Below, piece after piece: positions 38,304-50,143 of a stretch of 64,000 nt of DNA. How positions within the stretch are numbered: the stretch's first letter is position 1; the number at the start of each line of letters is the position of its first letter. The DNA is from Candidatus Poribacteria bacterium (GTDB lineage: Bacteria; Poribacteria; WGA-4E; PCPOR2b), in NCBI GenBank assembly GCA_965215015.1, contig OZ244042.1:896001-960000 (forward strand). Direction: 5' to 3'. A model generated the notes under the pieces. That model did not search any database. It saw only the letters and a program-made list of their open reading frames with translations, and was not told where the DNA came from. The translations under genes were made by a program, and so were the position numbers.

Positions 38304-38799
38304 CAAACTCCTTTCGTTCTGGATTTTCAGTTGCTCCGCCCTCTAATTCTTGTTTGGCTTGGACAACAATCTCCTTTGGCTGATTTTCCTTTGCCTTTGG
38401 GATATGGATTTCAAGAAAGCCATTTGCATAACTTGCAACCGGCTCCACATCATCCGCCAAGACATTTGGTAATACAATCGATCGCTCGAAAGGACCGTAG
38501 TTTAATTCAGCTTGATGGTAGTGTTCTTTTTTTAGGGCGGTTCGTTCTTGGCGGTACCCTTTGAGGGTCAAGACATTTCGATTGAGTTCGATTTTGAGAT
38601 CTTCGCTCGGTTCTATGCCGGCGATTTCAATTTTAACAACAAAACTATCGACCGTTTCATAAATGTCCATCGGCGGTCGCCAATGCGCTGTCTCAGTCGT
38701 TAAATCTTGGGACGGTTCCATGAAATCATCGAAAAGGCGGTTAATCTCTTTTTCCATTTGAAAGAAATGGTCGATTAGTTGGTTCGGGTTTGACTTCAC
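38284..38799 (-). CDS. Hsp20/alpha-crystallin family protein
   Basis: WRPPMDIYET, ELNYGPFERSIVLP, NGFLEIHIPK; overlaps the lon start. Confidence 0.93.
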   Translation of the reverse strand: MKSNPNQLIDHFFQMEKEINRLFDDFMEPSQDLTTETAHWRPPMDIYETVDSFVVKIEIAGIEPSEDLKIELNRNVLTLKGYRQERTALKKEHYHQAELNYGPFERSIVLPNVLADDVEPVASYANGFLEIHIPKAKENQPKEIVVQAKQELEGGATENPERKEFDDGVKG

Positions 38800-38835
38800 C
38801 TGTTCATCCTCCTTTCATTGATTTGCTTCTATACA

Positions 38836-38970
38836 TATGTCGCCCCGCTGGGGCTTGGGTGCATAGGGATTTAGCATTGCTATACACATACCGCCCCACT
38901 GGGGCTGTTGGTTCATTAGTTCATATTCGTTAGTGCAATTGCAGTAGGTACGCTGCAGTGTGCCGTAGTT
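38836..38970. repeat. REP/BIME-like intergenic repeats (GCCCCnCTGGGGC x2; GTAGGTACGCTGCAGTGTGCCGT)
   Basis: Same units recur near 54846, 55002 and 46260. Confidence 0.6.
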
Positions 38971-39000
38971 TGCACAAGGGTTATCCAAGCAAAGCGAGAT

Positions 39001-42000
39001 TTAACCCACGCGGTGATACCCATGTCCATCGCCCGTAATTTTATACAGCGCATTTGCTGCCCAGAAGTGGACGTCCCCATCCGAATCTTCCAGAGCTGTC
39101 TTGAGAATGGGTATAGCTTTTGGATTCTTAGCTTCGGCGAGTGCTTTGAGAATGTCGATCCGCAACTTTTTCTCTGATTGACTCGCTTGAAGGGCTTCCA
39201 GCTTTACAGACAACACAGCAACAGCCGCATCATCTCCAATCTTCCCAAGGGCAAGTGCGGCGTCCTGACGGAGTGCTATAACATTGGCATCGTTGTTGAG
39301 CGTTTCTGCTAAGGCTGATACCACGGAGGGGTCACCCAGATCCCCCAACCCCTGTGTTGCCCCGCGTCGCACATCAGCGTTTTCGACTTCATCCAGCATC
39401 AATTTCACAAGATCATCTTTGAATTCACTGAGCTTGCCTTCGCCGGCACCGAGTGCCGTGAATTGGCGTATCTGCACGATTGGATCGGTGAGCAGTTCCT
39501 TGATTCTCGGTATAGCCTCTGGGGCGTCAGATTTTGCGAGGGCATTGGCAGCGTACGCCTTTACAGGCCATTCTTCTAGCGGATCTTCAATTCGCTGAAT
39601 CATCTTGGGGGCGATAAATGCAGGCAGCCGAAACGGTTTTGTCGCTATGACAAAGTTTTCCCAACCCCAGTTGTGTTTTGGAATTTTTTTATCATCTTTG
39701 TCTACTATCGCAATGACATATTCGGATTCGTCAACGAGCCGTCTTCCAAATGCTTCAGCGGCACGTTGGTCTTTAATGTTGGCAAGTGCCGCGGCGGCTT
39801 TTGTGCGAGCGGAGAGCTTCGCAAGCGCATCTGTACGGGCATCCAGTTCTAGGCTTTGGTCTTCGAGGATTTTAATCAGTGCCGGCACAGCTTTTGCGCT
39901 CTTTAACTCTCCGAGTCCTGTGACTGCGTTCGTGAAAATAGCTCCTTTTTCGGTATCCGTCTCCAAAATATTAAGGAGCACCGCTTCGGCTTTTTCGCCT
40001 CCGATCAACCCAAGGGCGGTCACGCAGGCTGCCTTTACCGTTTTATCTTCGAGAGGCGCGTAAAACAGTTCAATAAGTTTATCGACCGCCCTCGCTTCTC
40101 TGATAGCCCCCAACGCGGTCGCAGCCTGGGCGCGAACTTCAATATGTTCGTCATCTAGCGAGGCAAGGAGTGATGCGGCTGCGCGTTCATCAAGCAGCGT
40201 GCCTAGCGCCGTTGCGGCACTCGCGCGGATCGATTTGTACTCATTTTTGTCCTCAAGGATTTTCGTCAATACTTCAAGGGATTTCCGATCTTTGCTGAGT
40301 CCAAGCCCGAGTACCGCTTCCTTGCGAATAACAGGGTTCGGGTGTTCTAACTGAGCACTCATAGCATCCACAGGGGAATTGTCGTTTTCTTCAAGCCTCC
40401 CTAGCGCAAACGTCAGTTTCCATCGTGTCCATTCGTCTTCCTCGGATTTGAGCGCATTTATTATAGATTCCGCTGTCGCCGCTTTGCCAAGTTTGGTTAA
40501 GGAGGTGATTATCTCAGTCTGAACAGATAGGACTTCCTGCTTTTCTTCAAATGTTCCCCATCCCTTTTTCAAGACATCAACCAGGCCGTCATCGGCAAGT
40601 TCAGCCGGCAATTCACGTAGCGCGATGGCCGCCTGTTTGCGCGCTCCCTCAAATTTATCTTTTTTGAGTGTTGTTAGCAAAGGATTTATCACTTTGTTCC
40701 CTTTGATTTTGCCCAGGGCAACTGCAGCTTCTTGACGTACAATCCCTTGTTTATCACTCCTAAGTGCTTCAATCAAGGGATCAACTACCATTTCACCTTT
40801 AACCTCGCCTAAAGCAAAGGCGGCACTCCTACGTACAGCAGCGCGCTCGTCCTCTTTAAGCGCATTGATTAACGGCTGCACAACTGTATCGCCTTTGATT
40901 TTGCCGAGTGAGAGCGCGACTTCACTACGAACAAGACTCGGAATTGGTTTGAGCTCACCCCACGTTCGATAATCGGGTGGAGCATACTCCCCCGTCCACT
41001 CAACTCCTAAGTTGGTGATGGCTTCCTTCAACCGTGCGAGGGTGTTGTACTGCCTTTTCAGGTGTCTTTGGAAGTCTTTGATATCCTCATAGCGGGTTCC
41101 CAAGACCCACACGAGGGCGGGCACAGATTCTGGTGCCTTAATCGCTCCCAAAGCCGCAACAGCACCTTTGCGGAGGGCAGGGCTAGTTTCATCGCTTAAC
41201 ATTAAGAGCAGCATCGGTTGTACCGCTTGGGCAGCAGCGAGTTTAGTTAAAGCAGATAACGCAGCACTCCGCACGGTTTCACGCCCCCGTTTGTCCATTG
41301 CCATTGTAATCAGCCCCTGAATCGCTTCATCAGTACTAATCTGGATTTCACCGAGCGCGTTGGCAGCGTTGGCAGCGGTTGTGTCATCCAGCTTCAACCC
41401 CTGAATCAGTGCATCGCGTGCAATGTTATTTGTGCCACGCCCTCTTAGAACACCAAGCGTTTTGGCTGCTGCTGCTCTCACATCCTTTCGAGCATCGGTC
41501 ATCAACGCCTCACTGAGACCATCCACCGAGCGCAAATCGGCGATACCTGCTAGCACTTCTGCGCTCCGAATCCTGACATCATCCCTCGAATCCTTCAAGG
41601 CATTGACGAGCCCCGGAATGGCAACTCCCTTCATTGCCTGCAACGCAGCACCTGCACTCCCACGAAGGTCATCATTATCGAGCAAGCTAATCAGGCGGGG
41701 AATTGCTTCTTCGGCTTTTAATGCGCCGAGGGCTTGCGCTGCAGCAGCCTGTGTGTTAATGCGATGATTTTTACGCCGAGTTGTGTCGATATACGCGTTT
41801 GCGAGGTATTGGTACTCCGATGTCAGTTGGAGGAATTCAGTTGAATTCTCATCTGGGAGGACATTCTGGGCACCGGAGTCGAGCACTTCAATTAGAGGCT
41901 CAATAGACGCCTCACCGATCTCTGTCAGGGCATTGATCGATGCAGTTCTGACGTAAGCATCCAGGTCCGCCAACAGATGAATCAGTGAAGGGATGGCTTC

Positions 42001-42837
42001 CTCCGCTTTGAGTTGACCAATCAATTTTGCTGCATGCATCCGCACCTGCCCGGCATTGGTCTGTGTTGCTAGCTTGAGGGCAGGTACGATTGGTTCCTCC
42101 CTAAGCCGCTCCAGAGCAACAATCACGTTGTAAAGCACATAGGGGAATTCGTTCTTGTCTTTGAGGATTGATTTAAATGTGGGGATCAGTTTCGGGGCTT
42201 CCAAATCCGCTAAATGCTTGACAGCTCCCTTTCTAATATCGGCGTCCGGGTGCTGCGTCGCGTTGATCAGCAGGTCGGATACCCTCGGCGTATTGCCGAG
42301 TTTTTGAATCAGCATCATCGCTGCACCACTAGCCGTCGGGTCAAAGCACTTTTCAGCCTCTAAGAGCCCTATGATGGCAGCGGAATCGGTCTGACTGACC
42401 AATTCTGACAAGAGATTGGCGTTTTTTTCAACGGCTGCAGCGAGCGAATTTGCAAGAAGCCCGGCAATCGAATTTCTGGAACGGATGAGTCGCTCTAAGC
42501 GATCGAGATCGTCGGAATCCGGATCTTCTTGTGTTTCCAGCGTTTTTATATCCTTATTGAGCGGCTGTAAATAATCTACCACCTTTTGAATGGTCCCGTG
42601 CCAAGCAGCCACGTCAGTACTCCAACCCGAAGCGGTGTGTAGCTGGAGTAGGACTCGCAGTGACCGTGTTTCTGGCAGGTCCGGTGCGGTAGCGATAGCA
42701 CTCCGGGCGGCGGCATAATCTGCTTGTGCAATTGCTGCCCGTGCTTCCAGGATGTTTTTATCTTCTTTCTCAGCGCAGCCCGTGAGGATACTGATTGCCG
42801 ACACAAGACTGATAAACAGAACTAATTTTTGTTTCAT
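39001..42837 (-). CDS. HEAT/PBS-lyase repeat lipoprotein (1278 aa)
   Basis: Lipobox LTG-C; many 'VRxxAAxALG' repeats. Confidence 0.9.
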   Translation of the reverse strand: MKQKLVLFISLVSAISILTGCAEKEDKNILEARAAIAQADYAAARSAIATAPDLPETRSLRVLLQLHTASGWSTDVAAWHGTIQKVVDYLQPLNKDIKTLETQEDPDSDDLDRLERLIRSRNSIAGLLANSLAAAVEKNANLLSELVSQTDSAAIIGLLEAEKCFDPTASGAAMMLIQKLGNTPRVSDLLINATQHPDADIRKGAVKHLADLEAPKLIPTFKSILKDKNEFPYVLYNVIVALERLREEPIVPALKLATQTNAGQVRMHAAKLIGQLKAEEAIPSLIHLLADLDAYVRTASINALTEIGEASIEPLIEVLDSGAQNVLPDENSTEFLQLTSEYQYLANAYIDTTRRKNHRINTQAAAAQALGALKAEEAIPRLISLLDNDDLRGSAGAALQAMKGVAIPGLVNALKDSRDDVRIRSAEVLAGIADLRSVDGLSEALMTDARKDVRAAAAKTLGVLRGRGTNNIARDALIQGLKLDDTTAANAANALGEIQISTDEAIQGLITMAMDKRGRETVRSAALSALTKLAAAQAVQPMLLLMLSDETSPALRKGAVAALGAIKAPESVPALVWVLGTRYEDIKDFQRHLKRQYNTLARLKEAITNLGVEWTGEYAPPDYRTWGELKPIPSLVRSEVALSLGKIKGDTVVQPLINALKEDERAAVRRSAAFALGEVKGEMVVDPLIEALRSDKQGIVRQEAAVALGKIKGNKVINPLLTTLKKDKFEGARKQAAIALRELPAELADDGLVDVLKKGWGTFEEKQEVLSVQTEIITSLTKLGKAATAESIINALKSEEDEWTRWKLTFALGRLEENDNSPVDAMSAQLEHPNPVIRKEAVLGLGLSKDRKSLEVLTKILEDKNEYKSIRASAATALGTLLDERAAASLLASLDDEHIEVRAQAATALGAIREARAVDKLIELFYAPLEDKTVKAACVTALGLIGGEKAEAVLLNILETDTEKGAIFTNAVTGLGELKSAKAVPALIKILEDQSLELDARTDALAKLSARTKAAAALANIKDQRAAEAFGRRLVDESEYVIAIVDKDDKKIPKHNWGWENFVIATKPFRLPAFIAPKMIQRIEDPLEEWPVKAYAANALAKSDAPEAIPRIKELLTDPIVQIRQFTALGAGEGKLSEFKDDLVKLMLDEVENADVRRGATQGLGDLGDPSVVSALAETLNNDANVIALRQDAALALGKIGDDAAVAVLSVKLEALQASQSEKKLRIDILKALAEAKNPKAIPILKTALEDSDGDVHFWAANALYKITGDGHGYHRVG

Positions 42838-42999
42838 TGTCCATCTCCTTTTTTATGTGTGATGCGTAAAACGTAAGAACCTATTTGAAAAGTCATTATA
42901 ATATATCGTTGTGGGGCAAGATGCCCCACCTACGGTGGTAGCTTTTTAATTTAAACAGCTTCTAAAGCATAACCTGTAAATTCTAGCCCATTGCCTGAT

Positions 43000-45900
43000 T
43001 TAAGCTCCTGCAATGACCAATTTCGTTAGATCGGCAAGCGGATATACCTTTTGGGCGATAGCATTTAACAGCGCAAGTCGGTTGGACCTGAGGGCGGCGT
43101 CTTCCGCCATAACCATTACATCATCGAAGAACTGATCGATTGCGGGTTGAAGCTCACCAAGCTGGATGAGAAGACCCTCATAGTCGCGCTTCTGGACGCA
43201 TCGGTTTAATTCTGCTTCTGCGGCATCCACAGCTGCTCCTAACTGCTTTTCGGCTTCGTCCTGGAACAGGTCGGATTGAATTTCCCCCGGGGGTTGGTCT
43301 GGCAAAATTCTCAGAACGCGATTTAGTGCTGGATATACCCTGTCAAAGTCCGGCCCCTCACGGAAAGTTTTGAGGATTGCTGCCCGCTCTAGAATATCAA
43401 TCACATCAACCTCAGCCGTTGCAAGGATTGCATCGATCAGGTCGGGCGCGTAGCTAAGGTCCAGTGTGTAACTTCGTCCACCTAGAACCACTTCCAGCCG
43501 CCCTTTGATAAAATCAAGCACAGCAGCTTTTGTATCTTCGACGAAATCCACCCGATATAGTTCAATCGCCTTCTCAACGACAGGAGTCAGCGGAAGGCGT
43601 TGGTTCCGCTCATGGAGGATACGTATTGTTCCGATTGCGTGTCGCCTGAGTGAATATGGATCTTGGGAACCCGTGGGCCGCTCATTAATACCGAAGTACC
43701 CAACGATGGTGTCGATTTTATCCGCGAGCGCAACGATTGTCCCCACGTCGGTGCGCGGGATAGGCGCGTCGGCGGCGACAGGTTGATAGTGCTCCTGGAT
43801 TGCTACCGCAACTGCGTGGGATTCACCGGAATTTTCGGCATAATATTTCCCCATAACCCCTTGCAGGGACGGAAATTCGATCACCATCTGTGTTGTCAGA
43901 TCCGCCTTGCAAAGTGATGCCGCTCGAACCACGTGATCTTTGATGTTCTCATCAGCACCAATCTCCTCTGCGATGAATGTAGCGAGCTCCTTCAATCGAC
44001 TGATTTTGTCGTGCAGTGAGCCAAGTCTCACCTGAAAAACAACATTGTGCAGTCGGTCTACTTTATCTGCAAGTGAGGTTTTCTGGTCCTCGTTGTAGAA
44101 GAACGCTGCATCGTTGAGTCGGGCGTGCAAGACCCGCTCGTTGCCGTGACGGACGCCATCAAAGTTGCCATCTGTCCCGTTGGAAATCGCTATGAACTTT
44201 GCCGACAGCTTTCCATCCTCCCCCCACATCGGAAAGTAGCGTTGTTGTGTCTTCATAGGGGTGATTAAGACTTCAGTCGGCAGAGATAAATGAGATTCGC
44301 TGAAACTACCCATAATTGCTTGGGGATTTTCGACGAGGAAATTGACGGTATCCAGCAATTCCGCATCAATCGTGGTCAAACAATCTTCAGTTTTCAGGAT
44401 ATCTGTGACTTGGTTTTCGATCTCTTTTCGCCGTGCCTCCTGATTAACAAGCACATTGACTCCACGTAAACTGTCAATATAGCCTTCAAGCGAAGCAGAA
44501 GTAAGCTCAATTGGTTCTGGATTTAACGAGCGATGACCATAAGTGTGCCTACCTGAACACAAAGTGTCCAGTTGGAAATCAACTACCCCATCCCCCAGCA
44601 AAGCGACCAACCACCGTATGGGACGCGCAAACCTTAGATTATCCCAGCGCATCGTTTTGAGGAAATTTAGGGACTGAATCCACTCAGGGATCTCTGTTTT
44701 TAACAGACTGTGAGTGGATTGACCCTTTTCGAGCTTATCCGCAGCGACATATTCTCCACGCTGCGTTTCAACGATTTTTAGATCCTCGATGTTGACCCCT
44801 TGTGTCCTTGCAAAACCGATCGCCGCTTTGGTGGGATTCCCGTTTGCATCGTAGGCGACCGGTTTCGGGGGACCGACCACTTCCGTGACCTGATCTGGCT
44901 GCAAGGTTGTTAGTCCCTTGACCCATAAGGTTAGGCGTCGCGGAGTCGCCAACGTACGGACTTCTTCAAACGGAAGTCGAGCCTCTGTAAGCGATTGGGA
45001 AGCAACCTCCCGAAGCTGATCCAAGACCGGTGGAATATAGCCGGCGGGAATCTCCTCTGTCCCAATCTCCAAGAGGAAATCCGCAGATGTTTCGCTTTCA
45101 GTTTCCACTTCGACTTGTTCCTCAATCTTCGATCGAGCGTCTAAAACCTTTTTTTCCCCCACCCCTTCCTCTACCTTGGGTTTCCAACGATTCAACAGTG
45201 GATGCCCCATCTCCTCGCGCTGGGCGACATAAGCTCGTGCGGTCCGTTGTGCGAGGCGTCGAACACGCTCAATATAGCCCACGCGTTCCGTCACGCTGAT
45301 GACGCCGCGGGCGTCGAGGACGTTGAATGTATGCGAACATTTCAGGACATAATCCGTCGCTGGTAGTATTAAATCGGCTTTCAAACAGGCTAATGCCTCT
45401 TTTTCGTAGGCGTCAAAGAGATTAAATAGCGTCTCAACGTCCGCGCCCTTAAAATGGTATTTGGAATACTCCACTTCGCTCTGGTGATGTACGTCCCCGT
45501 AGACCAATTGCTTATTCCATTTAATGTCAAAGAAACTACTAACATCTTGCAGATAGAGCGCGATACGTTCAAGCCCATACGTCAGTTCGGCACAGATCGG
45601 ATCTAACTCAATGCTCCCCATCTGTTGAAAGTAGGTGAACTGCGTCACTTCGGCACCGTTCCACCAGACCTCCCAACCGAGTCCAGATCCCCCTAGCGTC
45701 GGTGCTTCCCAATCGTCTTCAACAAAACGGAAGTCATTTCGGCGGGGATCAATCCCCAAATACTGTAAACTCTCAAGGTAGACCGGGAGCACGTCTGGCG
45801 GTGCGGGTTTAAGAATTACCTGATATTGGTAGTATGCCCCAAGCCGAAACGGATTTTCGCCGTACCGACCATCGGCAGGACGCCGCGAGGGTTCAACATA

Positions 45901-46056
45901 AGCGACCTGCCACGGCTCTGGTCCGAGGCAGCGTAGGAAGGTGGCGGGATTAAACGTTCCTGCGCCGACCTCAACATCGGTCGGCTGCTGAATGGTGCAG
46001 CCGTAATCCGCCCAAAATTTTTCTAAAGCGAGAATTATTTCTTGAAAAGTCATCAT
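43000..46056 (-). CDS. glyQS: Glycine--tRNA ligase, fused alpha and beta subunits
   Basis: GlyQ motifs ([31 protein letters not shown]), a linker, then GlyS motifs ([13 protein letters not shown]...FARPIRW, GSQDPY). Confidence 0.96.
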   Translation of the reverse strand: MMTFQEIILALEKFWADYGCTIQQPTDVEVGAGTFNPATFLRCLGPEPWQVAYVEPSRRPADGRYGENPFRLGAYYQYQVILKPAPPDVLPVYLESLQYLGIDPRRNDFRFVEDDWEAPTLGGSGLGWEVWWNGAEVTQFTYFQQMGSIELDPICAELTYGLERIALYLQDVSSFFDIKWNKQLVYGDVHHQSEVEYSKYHFKGADVETLFNLFDAYEKEALACLKADLILPATDYVLKCSHTFNVLDARGVISVTERVGYIERVRRLAQRTARAYVAQREEMGHPLLNRWKPKVEEGVGEKKVLDARSKIEEQVEVETESETSADFLLEIGTEEIPAGYIPPVLDQLREVASQSLTEARLPFEEVRTLATPRRLTLWVKGLTTLQPDQVTEVVGPPKPVAYDANGNPTKAAIGFARTQGVNIEDLKIVETQRGEYVAADKLEKGQSTHSLLKTEIPEWIQSLNFLKTMRWDNLRFARPIRWLVALLGDGVVDFQLDTLCSGRHTYGHRSLNPEPIELTSASLEGYIDSLRGVNVLVNQEARRKEIENQVTDILKTEDCLTTIDAELLDTVNFLVENPQAIMGSFSESHLSLPTEVLITPMKTQQRYFPMWGEDGKLSAKFIAISNGTDGNFDGVRHGNERVLHARLNDAAFFYNEDQKTSLADKVDRLHNVVFQVRLGSLHDKISRLKELATFIAEEIGADENIKDHVVRAASLCKADLTTQMVIEFPSLQGVMGKYYAENSGESHAVAVAIQEHYQPVAADAPIPRTDVGTIVALADKIDTIVGYFGINERPTGSQDPYSLRRHAIGTIRILHERNQRLPLTPVVEKAIELYRVDFVEDTKAAVLDFIKGRLEVVLGGRSYTLDLSYAPDLIDAILATAEVDVIDILERAAILKTFREGPDFDRVYPALNRVLRILPDQPPGEIQSDLFQDEAEKQLGAAVDAAEAELNRCVQKRDYEGLLIQLGELQPAIDQFFDDVMVMAEDAALRSNRLALLNAIAQKVYPLADLTKLVIAGA

Positions 46057-46490
46057 TACGATTCCTTATAGTAATTCAAGTTGCTCGTTGAAAAACGCCG
46101 TTAAAAAATCCTCGGAATTTTCATAGTTTTGCGAAGAATTTGATAAAGAAGGACTTACGCAGTTGAACCTCCGAAGCCTTGTAGTTTAGCGATTCATCGC
46201 CGCCGTTGAGCATGCCTTTCAACGCCCGATTCCTCGGGAGGCGACCGTTCCTCCCAAAGTAGTAGGCACACTCCGCCGTACCGTCGCCCCCCTCTAATCC
46301 CAAATACCTACACGGTTCTTTTCCCCCTGCTTGCGGGGGGTGGGGGGGCATAGCGGGGGAAGGGAGGGACAGCATACGGTAACTACCATCGGGCGATTTA
46401 TCGTCTATGGCAACGCGGGTTGAATGGCGTTACCACAAACTCAAGTGCACAAGTCCTATTCTCTTTACATTCACACTTTATGTATCATCG

Positions 46491-49487
46491 TCAATGGTCC
46501 AAATCCAATAAATCAAATCTGCCCCCACGGAGCAGGTTTTCACGGGCGCGTTCTGCGTTCCGAGACACACTTTCGTCGCTGCTTTTGAAGCCTGCTCCCA
46601 GGATGATTTTTGCTTCCTTTGTTTGAATGTAGATGTTGTCGTATCTTCTCCCATCGGTCAGCTTGACAAAGCATTCAATGACCTTGGCGGTGTGAGCCGG
46701 AAGCATTTCGCACAACGCCTCCACCTCAATAGCGATTGATGCCTCATCTGACTTGCAAACATCCAGAATCTTGGAGTATGCGTCCAATCGCCATTCAGCG
46801 TTTAGGCACTTGGCTTTCAGCCAGAAGGTAAACTGGCGCAGTTCCCTTGGCTCTTTCACTTCAAAACGCCAATCAAAGAAAGTAGTGATTCTATCTTCCA
46901 AGTCTTTATCTAGTTGCTTACTCGTACTCCACAAGATACGGCCAACATAGTTGAACAAATTCGCCCAGTGCTCTCGGTTATTGTCAATTGCCTCGTAATA
47001 TCGTTCAAGTAAAGAATCATAGTCGTTGTTCCTTGCCGATCTCTTGAGCAGATACATTCCCCACAAATAGTAGGTAAATAGGTGTCGACCAATACCCTCT
47101 GTAAGTTTTTCCTCGGGGCTATTTCGCTTCATGGGATTGCCGAGGCTATCCACCTGTTTTTTATCGGAGCCATCTTGCTTTTTGAAGCCGGTTAGATATT
47201 GCAGCGCAAAATCGAAATCATCCTGAAAAATTTCAAAGATGTCCTCGAAAGGACGATTATGGCTCACGAAACTGCTAAATGCCGCCAGCCATGCAGGTAA
47301 CTTGTCTTGTGGGAAAAAATCTGATTTGTGCTCGGCCGCCCATGTTTTATCAAGGCTAAAAATCAAGCGATAGTCTCTGCCTAAAATCGCATACTCCGGC
47401 AACGTCAAAGGGCTTTCGGTTTCCGGGGCAAACCGTTTTTCAAGAATTGTCGTCATCTCAGACACTTTGGATGCCGAATCATGCCGCCGTAACCAGAAAC
47501 CGAATCTAACCAGTGCCTCTAGCGCACGCCCCCGCGTATTGTTGATGGCCTCATCAATTAGGTCGTCTTGGATCGAGAGACCTGCCTTCTTTTGATCCAA
47601 GTGCCGGTCAAATTGCGTGCACAGCATTTCCAGAAGCTTGGCAAGGTGTCCTCGAGCCCCAATAGGTGCCTCCACCTCCTTTTCTATACATGTTTCGATA
47701 AAGCCACCGACTATTTCCCGTAAATTGTACCATTCACCATTCTCTTGAGATTCATCGTCAATTCTATATTCGTCTCGATCTATATGTGAAAGGATCCACT
47801 CGCTAGATATTAACCACTCGTTGAGGTTGTCAAAGTTCTTTTCCTCTACGTGCAACCGCATTCCTTCAATCATCGCCCGCACGTAAATAGGGCGCATCTC
47901 TTTGAGATTATCCAACCAGAACCGGAGTCTGTTGGTATTGGGGATAATCGTCTCCTTGAAAACCGTCTGAAACGCTCCGGCGAGTCCTTTGATATTAATC
48001 TCTACCAACCCATCTCTTTCCGATTCCGAGAAGAGCTCGTTTCCTTCCCATTCGTTTATGTAGGAGAGTAGCTCATCATCCGTGAGAGAGGCAAGGGCTT
48101 CGGGTGAGCGCGGACTACGAGTTAGCACGTATCCGCCCCCTGTTTTCATCGGCGGATAGTCCTCATCAGAAATTGGGACGGTGGTTTTAGCTGCCAACTC
48201 TCGGAAGTAGGTCTTATATTCATCAAATAGTACAGCCTTAAAAGGCTTGAACTGCTTTCGATGGAAATCACGTTGACGTTGTTGAAATCCCTCCTCGGTG
48301 AATTCTTCACCCAGCCATTCTAATACCCACGCTTGATAATTCGCTTTTGATGGACCGCTACGGATGGCATCGAAGATTTGTGCCCGTTCCGCTTTGGTGA
48401 GTAACGTTTCGCCGAAGTGTTCACATGCACTCCGTATCATCCGCTGAAATTCATAACGATGTTCCGATAAATGATAACCTTCATGCTCCAGAATCAGTTC
48501 CCGAATCCACGGTTTGGTTTGCGCGTTTGGGTATTGGGCATACAGGTGCTGGCGCAGGCATTTAAAAACTCCCCACTGTTGGTTCCGTAGATCCTTGTCC
48601 AAAGCCACAACTGAGTCGGGTGATTTTTCGTAAACCTGCTTGCAAGCAAAAATCAAGGTATGCACAAGCGTTTTATCGGGAGCTCCGTAGTCGGTATCCA
48701 ACCCATCGAGCCGTTCATACCATATCTCGGAAGAGTCTATCCCTTGATTAATTTCCTCCTGATGCGTTCGCAAGCGAATCATATTCACTGCGGCCTCAGT
48801 AAGGAGGCGGGCAACTTGGCAAGGTTCCTTCTCAGCAAGTGGACAGACTCCTTTGGACATTATCTCACTGTATTCCGATCTGCCAATCCGAGGTGATGGC
48901 TTAAGTGATGTCTCGCAGAACGTACCGAAGTCTGTCGGATTCTTTCTTCGACGCTTCTCCTTGACCTCTGATTGAGGATCGGGTACAAATTGAATCAGTA
49001 TTCCTGTAAGTTCCAATGCAGCCCGTGTTTGATTCTCCGCTGTCCAATGGGCTAATAAATCCGCGTATCTATATGTCCACGACCGGAGATCTACACCTGC
49101 AAATTCAAGCTTTATATATTCAAGTATTTTCGGTTTTAGCTGTGCAGATTGCTCTCCGTGGAGCCGCAGTGCAATTTCCAAAATCTCATTATAGACGCTT
49201 GGGTTATCAACCTTGGGAAGTCCCAATACTAAATTAATAACTTCCTCAGGTACATCGCAAGACACATTCTTGAGGTATTGGAGCTCGGACCAGGAAGGGA
49301 ATTGAACACAGCCATCATCAAAGTATCTAATACTTGGAGGCGACTGAAAATAGCCACGCTCGACAAGCGGTTGTATCCACAGGGGGTTTTTCAACCGGGA
49401 GAAAAAATACCGGCGACTCGTTTCCTTTTTGACCAACTTCAGGGTCCTATCTATCATTTCATTCGTTGGTTTCTTCCAAGATTTCAT
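46491..49487 (-). CDS. Large helical hypothetical protein (998 aa), candidate defence component
   Basis: Long ORF with AAGGAG RBS inside the upstream gene; N-terminal YFFSRLKNPLW..GYF..W..L.YL; no catalytic motif recognised. Confidence 0.75.
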   Translation of the reverse strand: MKSWKKPTNEMIDRTLKLVKKETSRRYFFSRLKNPLWIQPLVERGYFQSPPSIRYFDDGCVQFPSWSELQYLKNVSCDVPEEVINLVLGLPKVDNPSVYNEILEIALRLHGEQSAQLKPKILEYIKLEFAGVDLRSWTYRYADLLAHWTAENQTRAALELTGILIQFVPDPQSEVKEKRRRKNPTDFGTFCETSLKPSPRIGRSEYSEIMSKGVCPLAEKEPCQVARLLTEAAVNMIRLRTHQEEINQGIDSSEIWYERLDGLDTDYGAPDKTLVHTLIFACKQVYEKSPDSVVALDKDLRNQQWGVFKCLRQHLYAQYPNAQTKPWIRELILEHEGYHLSEHRYEFQRMIRSACEHFGETLLTKAERAQIFDAIRSGPSKANYQAWVLEWLGEEFTEEGFQQRQRDFHRKQFKPFKAVLFDEYKTYFRELAAKTTVPISDEDYPPMKTGGGYVLTRSPRSPEALASLTDDELLSYINEWEGNELFSESERDGLVEINIKGLAGAFQTVFKETIIPNTNRLRFWLDNLKEMRPIYVRAMIEGMRLHVEEKNFDNLNEWLISSEWILSHIDRDEYRIDDESQENGEWYNLREIVGGFIETCIEKEVEAPIGARGHLAKLLEMLCTQFDRHLDQKKAGLSIQDDLIDEAINNTRGRALEALVRFGFWLRRHDSASKVSEMTTILEKRFAPETESPLTLPEYAILGRDYRLIFSLDKTWAAEHKSDFFPQDKLPAWLAAFSSFVSHNRPFEDIFEIFQDDFDFALQYLTGFKKQDGSDKKQVDSLGNPMKRNSPEEKLTEGIGRHLFTYYLWGMYLLKRSARNNDYDSLLERYYEAIDNNREHWANLFNYVGRILWSTSKQLDKDLEDRITTFFDWRFEVKEPRELRQFTFWLKAKCLNAEWRLDAYSKILDVCKSDEASIAIEVEALCEMLPAHTAKVIECFVKLTDGRRYDNIYIQTKEAKIILGAGFKSSDESVSRNAERARENLLRGGRFDLLDLDH

Positions 49488-50088
49488 GGAGACTCCTTAG
49501 CTGTTCAAGTGCGCTACCTGCAGCGACGTATAGTAAGCCATCAAGCGTCCGAAAATGTCTTTCCAATTTAGATGGCGCATTTCTCTCAAACTCGTCCTCG
49601 CGTAGATGGGCATGTGCGAGAAACCACTGCCTTGTGCTCTTCCATTCCGTCAGAAAATTCTGGGGAATCTCCTCTCTGTCGGCATAATCCAAAAACTTAA
49701 AAAAGAAAAGACTACCTAACTCTGAGGCTCGGAGATGCCCCGCCCTGTGTTCATCAATAAGGGTTTGTATCTTCTCACAAACTTCATAAGGGATCAAATG
49801 CCCGTTTTCAGCGTTATCTATCTTATTAATCCCTGGTGTTCCCCATTCATCTTTCCAATGATTCTGTAGTTCATCCAAGCGATTTGCATACTGGACCTGT
49901 TCGCCCTTGCTCCCCAATCGAGCAAGGCCGTTCATCAAATCTCTACCTGCATGGGACACAAACAGAATGTAGCTCGGGGGCTTTTTATATAGAAGATTCA
50001 ATGCGCCTTTGTACAATTCAGCATACCCCGGCAGCTCGAGTTTGTCGTTGAGCCAGTTAAAAATTGTCTGCTGCTCTGTCGAAAGCAT
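49459..50088 (-). CDS. Hypothetical protein (~209 aa), tentatively HEPN-like
   Basis: SHAGRDLMN and WFLAHAH motifs; overlaps the 998-aa gene by 29 nt. Confidence 0.6.
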   Translation of the reverse strand: MLSTEQQTIFNWLNDKLELPGYAELYKGALNLLYKKPPSYILFVSHAGRDLMNGLARLGSKGEQVQYANRLDELQNHWKDEWGTPGINKIDNAENGHLIPYEVCEKIQTLIDEHRAGHLRASELGSLFFFKFLDYADREEIPQNFLTEWKSTRQWFLAHAHLREDEFERNAPSKLERHFRTLDGLLYVAAGSALEQLRSLHEILEETNE

Positions 50089-50143
50089 TACGCCTTCACT
50101 ACTTGTATGGTTCAAAGTTGAAACTTTCTAACAGGTCGGAAAC

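Noticed and set aside
46121-46375. 84-aa ORF upstream of glyQS, plus similar ORFs at 31490-31882, 62017-62298 and 63347-63601
   Set aside because: Composed of REP/palindromic intergenic repeats; probably spurious.
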